Assembly (NCBI GenBank): GCA_951406725.2 | Contig: OX597818.1 | Coordinates: 135,532,001 to 135,596,000 of the forward strand | Direction of reading: 5' to 3' | DNA length: 64,000 nt | From: Octopus vulgaris | Lineage: Eukaryota | Shown here: piece by piece, positions 39,997 through 52,640 of the stretch | Numbering within the stretch: position 1 is the stretch's first letter | Layout: the number at the start of each line of letters is the position of its first letter | Program-made: the position numbers and the translations under genes | Notes under the pieces: generated by a model | Seen by the model: the letters and a program-made list of their open reading frames with translations, nothing else | Database searches by the model: none | Told to the model about the DNA's origin: nothing

Positions 39997-41114
39997 TTGC
40001 CCTTCCGAACGCCAACATGCCCTTCATAACGCCTATACACAAAAAATAAAGACAACCAACATATTTATTTGCCAAAAAATTATCAAAGGCGATGTTAGCA
40101 ATAAGATTGTTATATCACACCCAGTTCGTACATATCCGAATCTCACAAACTAAGCAGCAAAAAAGAGTTTAGTGAGATTTGTGAAACTATTGTTTAACTT
40201 TTAAGATATAATCAATATTTGCTTTGGAATTGCTGCATCCTACCAAGAGAATTGCTTTTAAATGTTCATCAGTCAACCTCGTTCAATGTGCTGACTTCAC
40301 ACACTTCACTTTTGAAAATGTTTGCTCACAGACATAAATTGTTTCAAACACTGATACTATACCAGAGGCAAATGCAGGTACTTACACAAAAGGTACAGGG
40401 TGGCAGCAGGTCAGATCTGGCCTGTGGGCTAGTTTGGTGACCCCTGTTTTATACAGACACCTGTCTGTCTCTTGATCTATATTATCTAGTGTGTTCTAAT
40501 GTGTATCAACTTGTTGTTTATTGTCATTGTTAAAGCTTTGGGTCAACCCTGATCATGCTGAGTTGTGATCAGAAGTATTCCAAACATGACCATCCATTTT
40601 TTTTTTTTATAATATCGTACATTGGAAAAATTACCCAGTTTCCTTCTCTTTCTAAAGTAGTAATGTATAATTTGAGGGAGATTTGGCTGCTATTTTTAGT
40701 AGATTAAACAACTACATAGAGGTTCCTTTTGTTATTGCTACTTTGTTGTAACCATCAAAGTGTAGCAAAGATTAGGATCTTATTGTTTATGTCAGATTTA
40801 AACCCTGAATATTTCTTTCTGCTATTAAGAAGTTTTAAATACTTATAAGGTCTATTTGTCTCCTTAGACATACACATTAGCCATTATAGGCACATGTTGA
40901 GATATACTTAACACTTGCCTCTATGTACATCATTATTTTGTATGTATATACTTTCAGCTACTTTATAGTTCTACTTTGTCATAGTAGAACAAATAACCAT
41001 TTGTCATTATACTTATAATCATTGGTCCTCCCAAGCACTGAGCATGAACCAGTGAGATGTTACATTGACCCTCTCATCCAGACTTGCAACTGTAAGAGGA
41101 AAGCAGAACACAGT

Positions 41115-43872
41115 TATTTCTTTACTACCCACAAGGGGCGAAACACAGAGGGGACAAACAAGGACAGACATAGGTATTAAGTCGATTACATCGACCCCCA
41201 GTGCGTAACTGGTACTTAATTTATCGACCCCGAAAGGATGAAAGGCAAAGTCGACCTCGGCGGAATTTGAACTCACAACGTAACGCAGACGAAATACCTA
41301 TTTCTTTTATTACCCACAAGGGGCTAAACACAGAGGGGACAAACAAGGACAGACATAGGTATTAAGTCGATTACATCGACCCCCAGTGCGTAACTGGTAC
41401 TTAATTTATCGACCCCGAAAGGATGAAAGGCAAAGTCGACCTCGGCGGAATTTGAACTCACAACGTAACGCAGACGAAATACCTATTTCTTTTATTACCC
41501 ACAAGGGGCTAAACACAGAGGGGACAAACAAGGACAGACATAGGTATTAAGTCGATTACATCGACCCCCAGTGCGTAACTGGTACTTAATTTATCGACCC
41601 CGAAAGGATGAAAGGCAAAGTCGACCTCGGCGGAATTTGAACTCACAACGTAACGCAGACGAAATACCTATTTCTTTTATTACCCACAAGGGGCTAAACA
41701 CAGAGGGGACAAACAAGGACAGACATAGGTATTAAGTCGATTACATCGACCCCCAGTGCGTAACTGGTACTTAATTTATCGACCCCGAAAGGATGAAAGG
41801 CAAAGTCGACCTCGGCGGAATTTGAACTCACAACGTAACGCAGACGAAATACCTATTTCTTTTATTACCCACAAGGGGCTAAACACAGAGGGGACAAACA
41901 AGGACAGACATAGGTATTAAGTCGATTACATCGACCCCAGTGCGTAACTGGTACTTAATTTATCGACCCCGAAAGGATGAAAGGCAAAGTCGACCTCGGC
42001 GGAATTTGAACTCACAACGTAACGCAGACGAAATACCTATTTCTTTTATTACCCACAAGGGGCTAAACACAGAGGGGACAAACAAGGACAGACATAGGTA
42101 TTAAGTCGATTACATCGACCCCAGTGCGTAACTGGTACACAACGTAACGCAGACGAAATACCTATTTCTTTTATTACCCACAAGGGGCTAAACACAGAGG
42201 GGACAAACAAGGACAGACATAGGTATTAAGTCGATTACATCGACCCCCAGTGCGTAACTGGTACTTAATTTATCGACCCCGAAAGGATGAAAGGCAAAGT
42301 CGACCGGCGGAATTTGAACTCACAACGTAACGCAGACGAAATACCTATTTCTTTTATTACCCACAAGGGGCTAAACACAGAGGGGACAAACAAGGACAGA
42401 CATAGGTATTAAGTCGATTACATCGACCCCCAGTGCGTAACTGGTACTTAATTTATCGACCCCGAAAGGATGAAAGGCAAAGTCGACCTCGGCGGAATTT
42501 GAACTCACAACGTAACGCAGACGAAATACCTATTTCTTTTATTACCCACAAGGGGCTAAACACAGAGGGGACAAACAAGGACAGACATAGGTATTAAGTC
42601 GATTACATCGACCCCAGTGCGTAACTGGTACTTAATTTATCGACCCCGAAAGGATGAAAGGCAAAGTCGACCTCGGCGGAATTTGAACTCACAACGTAAC
42701 GCAGACGAAATACCTATTTCTTTTATTACCCACAAGGGGCTAAACACAGAGGGGACAAACAAGGACAGACATAGGTATTAAGTCGATTACATCGACCCCC
42801 AGTGCGTAACTGGTACTTAATTTATCGACCCCGAAAGGATGAAAGGCAAAGTCGACCTCGGCGGAATTTGAACTCACAACGTAACGCAGACGAAATACCT
42901 ATTTCTTTTATTACCCACAAGGGGCGAAACACAGAGGGGACAAACAAGGACAGACATAGGTATTAAGTCGATTACATCGACCCCCAGTGCGTAACTGGTA
43001 CTTAATTTATCGACCCCGAAAGGATGAAAGGCAAAGTCGACCTCGGCGGAATTTGAACTCACAACGTAACGCAGACGAAATACCTATTTCTTTTATTACC
43101 CACAAGGGGCTAAACACAGAGGGGACAAACAAGGACAGACATAGGTATTAAGTCGATTACATCGACCCCAGTGCGTAACTGGTACTTAATTTATCGACCC
43201 CGAAAGGATGAAAGGCAAAGTCGACCTCGGCGGAATTTGAACTCACAACGTAACGCAGACGAAATACCTATTTCTTTTATTACCCACAAGGGGCTAAACA
43301 CAGAGGGGACAAACAAGGACAGACATAGGTATTAAGTCGATTACATCGACCCCAGTGCGTAACTGGTACTTAATTTATCGACCCCGAAAGGATGAAAGGC
43401 AAAGTCGACCTTGGCGGAATTTGAACTCACAACGTAACGCAGACGAAATACCTATTTCTTTTATTACCCACAAGGGGCTAAACACAGAGGGGACAAACAA
43501 GGACAGACATAGGTATTAAGTCGATTACATCGACCCCCAGTGCGTAACTGGTACTTAATTTATCGACCCCGAAAGGATGAAAGGCAAAATCGACCTCGGC
43601 GGAATTTGAACTCACAACGTAACGCAGACGAAATACCTATTTCTTTTATTACCCACAAGGGGCTAAACACAGAGGGGACAAACAAGGACAGACATAGGTA
43701 TTAAGTCGATTACATCGACCCCCAGTGCGTAACTGGTACTTAATTTATCGACCCCGAAAGGATGAAAGGCAAAGTCGACCTCGGCGGAATTTGAACTCAC
43801 AACGTAACACAGACGAAATACCGCTAAAGCATTTCGCCCGGCGTGCTAACGTTTCTGCCAGCTCGCCACCTT
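41115..43872 (-). repeat. Tandem array of 15 SINE-C bodies (~185 bp) behind one SINE head, bounded by a TSD
   Basis: Unit starts on +: 41115, 41299, 41484, 41669, 41854, 42038 (59-bp deletion), 42163, 42346, 42531, 42715, 42900, 43085, 43269, 43453, 43638. Head 43823-43872. 12-bp direct repeat gcagaacacagt at 41103-41114 and 43875-43886. Confidence 0.95.
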
Positions 43873-43895
43873 ATGCAGAACACAGTGCTAATCAC

Positions 43896-44326
43896 ATGTG
43901 CTGGTTTTGTCATGTGATGCAGATAGATGAGGTAACTTGCATAAACAAGTGCTGATCACTTAAAGTGGACGGAAGTTGTGATAGACAGAGACTCAGGAAG
44001 ATGTGGAATGTAGTATTGAAAACCAATCTCAAAACACTGAGCCTTACAAAGGAGATGACAGATGACCAAGATATGTGATGCATTGCTGTACTCAAGAAGA
44101 CACCCCCAACAGGTGTCATATAAAATGCATTGGAGTGGGTGCTGTTGCCATGTAAAAATCACCCAGTACACTCTGTAAAGTATATGGTGTTTGAAGGGTA
44201 TCCAGCTGCAGAAACCAAGTCAAAACAGACTATGAAACCTGGTGCAGCCCCTGGCCTTGCCAGTTCCTGTCAAACCATCAAACTCATGCTAGTATGGAAA
44301 AAAGGATGTTAAATGTTGATGATGAT
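43896..44326 (+). mobile_element. Decayed RTE LINE C-terminus and 3' UTR
   Basis: CWFCHVMQIDE...KC*SLKVDGSCDRQRLRKMWNVVLKTNLKTLSL resembles RWFGHV...GRGRPRKTW. Followed by a diverged family D tail and (gat)n. Confidence 0.8.
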
Positions 44327-44333
44327 GGATTAT

Positions 44334-44716
44334 GGAAGCACTCCGTCGGTTACGACGACAAGGGTTCCGGTTGATCCGAATCAACGGAACAGCCTGCTCG
44401 TGAAATTAACATGTAAGTGGCTGAGCACTCCACAGACACATGTACCCTTAACGTAGTTCTCGGGGGTATTCAGCGTGACACAGAAAGTGACAAGGCTGGC
44501 CGTTTGAAATACTGGTACAACAGAAACAGGAAGTAAGAGTGAGAGAAAGTTGTGGTGAAAGAGCACAGCAGGGATCACCACCATCCCTGCCGGAGCCTCG
44601 TGGAGCTTTAGGTATTTTCGCTCAATAAACACTCACAACGCCCAGTCTGGGAATCGAAACCGCGATCCTATGACCGCGAGTCCGCTGCCCTAACCACTGA
44701 GCCATTGCGCCTCCAC
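44334..44716 (-). mobile_element. SINE family B with tail B1
   Basis: Full-length reverse-complement match to 46501. Confidence 0.92.
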
Positions 44717-46500
44717 TGTTGATGATGATGGTGATGATATATATATATATATATATATATAAATTAATTTTCATGGTAGATGAAGCACATATTGTTTTAA
44801 ATAACAATATAAGTATTGGGTTTTAAAATCTTTTATTCCATCAAAATTTTCTTTTAACTTAATATTTGCACACAATTCTTTATTCTTATGAAGTAAACAA
44901 TATATTGTTGTTGTTGTTGTTGTTATTGTTGCTGCTGTTGTTGTTGGCCATCACAGGGTCCATTATAAACACATTCCTCCTTGACTTTAAAATTCCAGAT
45001 TGGTATCCAGCATACCTGATGCCAGGCTCATGTTGGAAAAGGAAGAGAGATGGAGTGCAGGGTTGTACACCTTGGCTTCAGCACTCAAAATGCCACACAA
45101 ATGGAATCACCCAGTGCTTCATGGGGAGCGAGAGGAACTAAGCTAAACTAATAGACTTGGTGTATTTACCCTCCAGCCTTACTTACTCCACTATCTTATA
45201 TCTATATCTTTTATATGTACTTAAAATACTAGCCATTATAGACACATATTGGCACAAACTTAGCCCTTATCTCTGTATACACTACCATTTTGCATTTATA
45301 TCTCAAATCTGTAGAGAATATCTTATGTTCCTTTAATTTTAGAGCAAATTTACCATATTTTAACTACTGAAATATTCAACCTTAGATCAGATTAGAGTTT
45401 ACAGTTGATTGTCAGCAGTTAGAACTTTCTCTAATCTCTAGACGCATACTTCTGTATATTACCATATTTTGAAAAGTGTGTGTGTGTGTATGTGAGAGAT
45501 AGAGAGAAAGAGAGAGGGAAATTGCCATTCTGACATGGAGATGTAATGCTTTTGTATGATGTGTGTTAGTTAATAAAGTGCAGTAGGTAGAATAAGGTAG
45601 TGTGGAGTTCATAAAGTGAAACGTCCACATTGACTAGTCATTGCTGGTGGTGGTGTTGTTGTTGTTGTTGTTGTCGGTGGTGGTGGTGGTGGTGGTGGTG
45701 GTGGTGGCAGTGGCGGCAACAACAGCAGAAAGAAAGATAGTTCCTATGACCATTGTAGGCTTCCAAGACTGGTGGCATCATTGTGTTTAAGGTTCAAGAA
45801 ATGCACAGACAACTCACTACTTCAGGTAAAATTCAGTCAACTGCAAAGGGCTTGTAGAGCAGCTGTGATTTTTCAGTTTTGGTCTCTTCTCTTCAATGTT
45901 GGTTTTATAGGTATTCTTGTAAACAGAAGTAGTGTGATGGATCTTGTTCTGTCATGTAATTAGTATCATCTGCTTTTCTAAGAGCAGAAGATAGCAGCAA
46001 AGAGACACATACTTTTGATATGTCAGAATTGATTGTTGTTGATATTGTTTTTCTTCATCAGTTCTGATATAATACACCTGTTGCTAGTAGGTAGTTGATT
46101 GAACAACTAGGTATGAAACAGAACTGCTGTCCTAATTATGCCGTGTCTCTATCTGGATGAGGACCTAACTTTGGCATGCAGTGTTGAATTATATGCAGTG
46201 CATTGGGTCAGTTTGGACCTATTGTATTCTCACCACTGTCCAGTCTATTTCTGTATAGTCCCTTGATCTAATTAGCAGCCAAATCTTTTTCACATTTTAC
46301 CCTATCATCTTCAAAACAGATTACATTTTCAAAATAAATTACATCCATGTGTGTGCTTATGAGAGAGAGAAAGAGAGAGAGAGACACACATAATGATTAT
46401 AAATTGCTTAAATTACTAAACTACAAACTCATGTGTTGTGAGTTCAGTTCTGCTGCTGATATTTTGTGTTTCTATACAGAACACGTTATTCTACACCTCG

Positions 46501-46883
46501 TGGAGGCGCAATGGCCCAGTGGTTAGGGCAGCGGACTCGCGGTCGTAGGATCGCGGTTTCGATTCCCAGACCGGGCGTTGTGAGTGTTTATTGAGCGAAA
46601 ACACCTAAAAGCTCCACGAGGCTCCGGCAGGGGATGGTGGTGATCCCTGCTGTACTCTTTCACCACAACTTTCTCTCACTCTTACTTCCTGTTTCTGTTG
46701 TACCTGTATTTCAAAGGGCCGGCCTTGTCACTCTCTGTGTCACGCTGAATATCCCCGAGAACTACGTTAAGGGTACACGTGTCTGTGGAGTGCTCAGCCA
46801 CTTACATGTTAATTTCACGAGCAGGCTGTTCCATTGATCGGATCAACCGGAACCCTCGTCATCGTAACCGACGGAGTGCTTCC
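46501..46883 (+). mobile_element. SINE family B with tail B1
   Basis: Full length. attctacac repeated on both flanks. Confidence 0.92.
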
Positions 46884-47565
46884 CATTCTACACTACATTA
46901 CTTCCAGTGACATTGCTGTCAAAATGAATACCAGCTTGCTTTGGAATGTCCAATCTTAGAGTATTGTTCTTCAACACCAATCGTTTTAGAGTACCTTGTT
47001 CATGTCATTAAAATCTAGTTCAGATTACAGACTACATATAACAGCTGGTGGATGCCACCGATCATTCCTGATTAAACTAGCCATGTGCCACAAAACCGAC
47101 TCCATGTGGACATCTTCTTCAGTTACAGATTTGTCATGCACACGCACACAGATACACATGCATACAGACATAACACACATGCACGTGCACACACAAATGC
47201 ACACACAAACAGGTGTTGTGCTCTAGAAGCTCTATGATTAAATCAACTTGAACCAGCTGATTTAATCAGAGCTAATATTCATATAAAAATAAAGTGTGCT
47301 TATCATCATCATTTTAACATCTACTTTTCCACGTTTGCATGTGTCAGACAGAATTCATTGAGACAATTTTCTTTGGCCAGATGCCCTTCCTGTCACCAAC
47401 CCTCGCCTGTTTTCAAGCTGAGAAATATTTCCCCTCTCACTGGACATGTTTTCAGGGAAGATGGGAAAGGAAACACTTTGCATATGTAACAGTGATACTT
47501 ATTTATAACTAACCTATGATGACAAAACCAAGAAAAGCACTCACATAAATATATACATATATATT

Positions 47566-47898
47566 GGCTTCCGTGTTGGTGGCACGTAAAAAGCACCATC
47601 CGAATCGTGGCCGAAGCCAGTGCCGCCTCGACTGGCTTCCGTGCCCGTGGCACGTAAAATGCACCAATCCGACCGTGGCCGATGCCAGCCTCGCCTGGCT
47701 CCAGTGCAGGTGGCACGTAAAAAGCACCCACTACACTCACGGAGTGGTTGGCATTAGGAAGGGCATCCAGCTGTAGAAACATTGCCAGATAAGACCGGAG
47801 CCTGGGGCAGCCTTCTGGTTTCCCAGATCCCCGGTCGAACCGTCCAACCCATGCTAGCATGGAGAACGGACGTTAAATGATGATGATGATGATGATGA
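47566..47898 (+). mobile_element. Family D (RTE-type 3' end)
   Basis: Near-identical to 21335-21656. Confidence 0.85.
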
Positions 47899-48655
47899 CA
47901 GGCTTTTTTCAGTATCTGTCTACCAAATCCACTCTCAAGTCTTTGGTTGGCTCAGAGCTGTGGTAGAATACACTTAGCTGGGGTGCTATGCTGTGTCAGC
48001 CATGTTAGCATTGAAAACAGACATTAAACCTTTAGTTTTCAGATTACTCTGTCAAATGTTATATTTATTTTAATCACACTATCTTCAATTAATCATGCAT
48101 CATGTTGTAAACTTTGAGATTTTGATTATGTCATTGCTTATTTTTAGAACAACATTGTAGGATAGGTGTAAGAGGCTGGATCTGGCTGATTTGGACATAA
48201 AACAGGTAGAATATCTGGGCTGGATATGTCTATTTTAAATGCTAAAGGGTTAAATGAATTTAATGAACAACAAGCAAAAAGAAAACCTTTGACATTTACA
48301 ATAGAGTTTGGTTTATCTTGTAAACAGATGAGGGACCAACCAAACTTCTTTAAATCTTGTTCAGCTGATCCCTATCTTTCACTCTACAAAAATATTCATA
48401 TATACAGATGCTTATATCCATCTGTTACAGTATTGTCTACAATCTGTAGATATATTCTGCAGTACAGCATAGCATTGAAACAAAACACTGTTAATCAACC
48501 AGTAATAATATATCAGTTCCTTGGTTTTGTATTTATATTTTCGTTTCTCATTGTGTTCGACGTTTTTTTGGTGTCCTGTACCCATATATGCGTGTATATA
48601 TACATGTAGAGGTAGGTACGTACATATATGTATGTATAGATGCATATGTTTTATT

Positions 48656-48699
<44 letters not shown>

Positions 48700-48717
48700 C
48701 TGACATAAGTTCCTTAC

Positions 48718-48838
48718 TTTTCCTGATGAGAAGGCGGCATAATGCACCTCTTATTTCTTCGAAATTAGGAATATGCAGTCTTCGAAACATGTCGAAAATA
48801 AAATAAAGGAATTTTGTTAATTCGTCGTTCAACTCCAT
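48718..48838 (-). CDS. Candidate first coding exon of an unidentified host gene (40 codons + 1 nt)
   Basis: MELNDELTKFLYFIFDMFRRLHIPNFEEIRGALCRLLIRK ends at AAA|GTAAGG. Unique, locally CpG-richer. CACGTG and TGACGT motifs within about 110 bp upstream. Confidence 0.35.
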
Positions 48839-48997
48839 TCTTTCATTTATTTGTTTTTAAAAAAACACACAAATTTCCACACGATAGCACGTGATCTCTG
48901 CCCTAGGCATGTAGCTTCAACTGTGTTTTTCTGACGTGAATTTGCTACATGGTATCGGTTAACCGAATTATCCATAATAAGATAATTCATTCAACTA

Positions 48998-49043
<46 letters not shown>

Positions 49044-49943
49044 TTCTCTTATTCTTCGATATAGAAAAGTATTTAACCTTTTGAATTTTATAGAATACAT
49101 TTTCTTTTATGGAATTGAAAAACAAACAATGACTTTGTCGTTCCATTTTTGTATGACAGTTATTCACAGTGTTTTGGTTCTGTAGACTACATCTCTACAA
49201 ATGGTAACTTTTATTGTATATTATTAATGTATTAGTAATATTTCAGTTAAAAATGATAGTAATACTAATAATAATAATAAAGCTATTTGTAGTGACTGTA
49301 TTGTTCTAGAGTTCAGACAGGTCGATGTAGGAAACGAACAAAGTGAAATAAAAGTTGATAATGGAGAATGTACTTTGATAATGTTATTTCTTTCTTTTTG
49401 TTCAAAATAGCGGTATAGAGTGGAAGTGAATAAACCATGTCATTGTTTGTTCTTACCAAAAGAGACTAAAAATGAAAATGAACTACAATATCCTAAGGAA
49501 ACCATTCTGTCTTTCTGGGCAAAAACAATAAACTATATTCTTCACTACTTTATTTGACTTCCACTCTAAACTGATATGATTTATCTAATTACTATTAATG
49601 CCATTATTTTGAATAATATTTTGGTTTTAACTCTGTTCACTTGCATCATCAACCAGTCTGATCTCTAAAATGACACAATGACTAACTACTAATGGCCTTA
49701 TTATTATTTTGAATTGGATCAATGCAAATATATTAATATAATTCTAAACATAAGACAACATTTGTATTAACAAAGTCATGGAAATTGAAACTCATTGTAC
49801 AACTATTAAATAGAAAGAGAAAGTAAAAGTAACCGTATCGTTGTTTATGTTTTTCAAATACCTTAAAAATAAATTGTATGAAATTCAGAAAATTGCTTAG
49901 TCCTGTCTATGAAAGAGGTGAATAAAGCTCATACATCCTCATA

Positions 49944-50272
49944 CATCATCATCATCATCATAATCATCATCGTTTAACGTCCATTTTCCGTGCTAGCACA
50001 GGTTGGACAGTTCGACCGGGGTCTGGGAAGCCAGGGGCTGCACCAGGCTCCAGTCTGATCTGGCAGTATTTCTACAGCTGGATGCCCTTCCTAATGCCAA
50101 CCACTCCGCGAGTGTAGTGGGTGCTTTTTACGTGCCACCTGCACAGGTGCCAGAGGGGTCTGGCATCGGCCACAATCGGTTGGTGCTTTTTATGTGCCAC
50201 CGGCACAGAAGTCAGTCAAGGTGGTGCTGGCATCGGCCACGTTCGGATGGTGCTTTTTATGTGCCACCGGCA
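49944..50272 (-). mobile_element. Family D (RTE-type 3' end)
   Basis: (cat)n followed by reverse-complement family D with three internal units. Confidence 0.83.
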
Positions 50273-51070
50273 CATACATGCATTATGGTTTAACTATTTG
50301 CAATTTCCTTTCGAAGGTGATTTTATCTTTATACCATTATGTTTCCACTGCAGTGTGCTATAGATTCTCTTTAATGGTGTTATCAAAGATTAATCTTTGT
50401 TACCAGCAGAGCTAATAACATCTGAACTTCTCCCAGACTTTCCTTAGTCTGGCTACTATGTTTTTGGAATATCACCTCCACTGTAATTTAGGTCACCTAG
50501 GTAACAGAAATTGTCAACTATTTCTAGGAATCTGAACTTTTGAGAGAATCTGTTTCCTATGTGCGTTTAGTGCTTATTGCTCCTGTGCACCTGCTGCATA
50601 TAAAACTTACCTTCTCTGTTAGCCTACTTTGCCTCTTGTGCATCTATAGGTTACGATGACAACAATGTATGAAATTCCTACCTCCTCCTGTTCTGCATAT
50701 CAGCACAGCTAGTTCCAGACAGTAGCAAATTCCTGTCTTCTTTGGCACTTACTAATATTTTAATCTGCTAAATTTACTTTGTGCCTTCTTGATTCTAACT
50801 TTTGCTCAGCAAGAAATCTATTCTGTTCTGGCTCTTTTTCTCATTCATTACCCTCTCCACTCTTTATTCTGCTAGCAAAAAATTCCTCCTCCCCACTTGG
50901 AGTTCATAGTCTTGTAAGCTGCATGTGACCTCACTAGTTGTAATGGCAAGAAAAAAGAAGCACCCAGTATACAGTGGTTGGTGTTAGGAAGGGCATCTAT
51001 CCTTAGAAACCATGCCAAAAAATCACTGGAGCATGATGCAATCCTTCAGCCCATCAAACCCTGTCAAACC

Positions 51071-51303
51071 TATTTCTTTATTACCCACAAGGGGCTAAAC
51101 ATAGAGGGGACAAACAAGGACAGACATAGGTATTAAGTCGATTACATCGACCCCAGTGCGTAACTGGTACTTAATTTATCGACCCCGAAAGGATGAAAGG
51201 CAAAGTCGACCTCGGCGGAATTTGAACTCACAACATAACAGCAGACGAAATACAGCTAAGCATTTCGCCCGGCATGCTAACATTTCTGCCAGCTCGCCGC
51301 CTT
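51071..51303 (-). mobile_element. SINE family C full-length monomer inside an old family D copy
   Basis: Nearly identical to the array unit plus head. 13-bp TSD accctgtcaaacc at 51058-51070 and 51306-51318. Confidence 0.93.
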
Positions 51304-52132
51304 AGACCCTGTCAAACCATCCAACCCATGCCAGCATAGAACACAAATATTAAATAATAATAACGATGATGAAGATGATTCAGTTATAAGAACTAAGTCA
51401 TCAGCTTATAGGAGTTCCTAAGGATAATCAGTTATGGCCTAGAGGATTCTAATAAATAGAAACTGGCTGGAGACTGAACATTGATGAACTCCTCCCTGCA
51501 AGCTAAATTTATTATTGTGCTCATTGCTAGCCCTCAGCTTGCTCATTGCACTTTTCTTCATGGCCCTCACAAGCCATTCAGCCATCTCTAGTTTCCTTAG
51601 TAACTATCAGAATATAGAATGTTGTACTCTGTTAAAGAGCTTCTCCAGATTAATGTATGCTAGATACAACAACTTACTCCTTGCTAAGCATTTCTGTAAT
51701 TGTCTCACTAGGTTAATGGTATTGGCCGTACCTCTTCTTGGCACAAACCCAAACTACATCTATTCTAGGTTAATTCTTTCCAGAATCATTTGTGTCATAA
51801 GTCTTTCAGTAAGTTTCATAACCTGGTCCATCAGCTTGACATCTTCTATTATTTCCCTTCTCTACCATGTCTTGCTTGCTCTTAGCAGTTCACAATGACA
51901 CTGCTACAGCAATCATTGGGTATACCACCTTGCTATACTACCTGATTGACTATAAGTGTGTTTAGTGTGTGACGTTTATCGTAGTTTCATTGACTCAACA
52001 GCAATATCTGATGGATCAGATGCCTTCCTTGCCTTCATATTCTTAATTGCTCTATCTATGCTGCTATACTGCTGTCATCTTAAATAGTTGGTCTTTCTAG
52101 TATACATTGGGTATACTCTTTCTGACTCTCTC

Positions 52133-52169
<37 letters not shown>

Positions 52170-52640
52170 TAGAGAGGCAAGTTTTGTCTAGTGAATGTTT
52201 TAAAAAAAGATGGTGAATGTAGCAAGGATGGCACGTATGAATGACGAAGCCACCGTGACTATGATTCTATGAACCGTAAAAATTAATACAGAGAGTTGCT
52301 TATTTGCAAAAAAAAAAAAAGAAATATAACATGTGACTTCATTGACCGAGGTTACCGTGGTCTTTTCCGTAGGCTTTTCTTTCCACGGGTAAACCTCACC
52401 TGTCCTCCCCTTTACACTTCATTTTGACATTTCTGTGATAAAAATCCCTATTGATCAATTTTTTCCTTCCCCCCCCCCTTTTTTATTTTATTTTATTCCC
52501 CCCTTTTTTTGTCCTCTTTCTTTCCCTTTACGATCCCTTTTGATCAAAAACCAAACCCCCTTTTTTTACCCCCAAAAGAAAAGCTCTACCTTGTAATTTG
52601 TCCTGTCTGTGTGCAGCCCTGTGTGGCTAATAAAGAAAAA
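52170..52640 (+). mobile_element. 5'-truncated L1/Tx1-like LINE 3' end inserted in (TATC)n
   Basis: ERQVLSSECFKKRW/VNVARMARMNDEATVTMIL* (one frameshift; FxxxW C-terminal motif). Pyrimidine-rich UTR, aataaagaaaaa end, (tatc)n on both sides. Confidence 0.65.

Noticed and set aside
41115-43872. CRISPR array or hammerhead retrozyme interpretation of the tandem array
   Set aside because: Units are identical end to end with no spacers, there are no cas genes and the DNA is eukaryotic. No CUGANGA core occurs on either strand of the unit.
46501-46575. tRNA gene calls for SINE heads
   Set aside because: A and B boxes are present, but the acceptor stem is not properly closed and each head continues into a SINE body.
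48719-48772. Plus-strand hammerhead-like string CUGAUGA-GAAG...CUUC-GAAA-UUA-GGAA
   Set aside because: Only one base lies between A15.1 and U16.1, so stem III cannot form. Probably chance overlap with the candidate exon.
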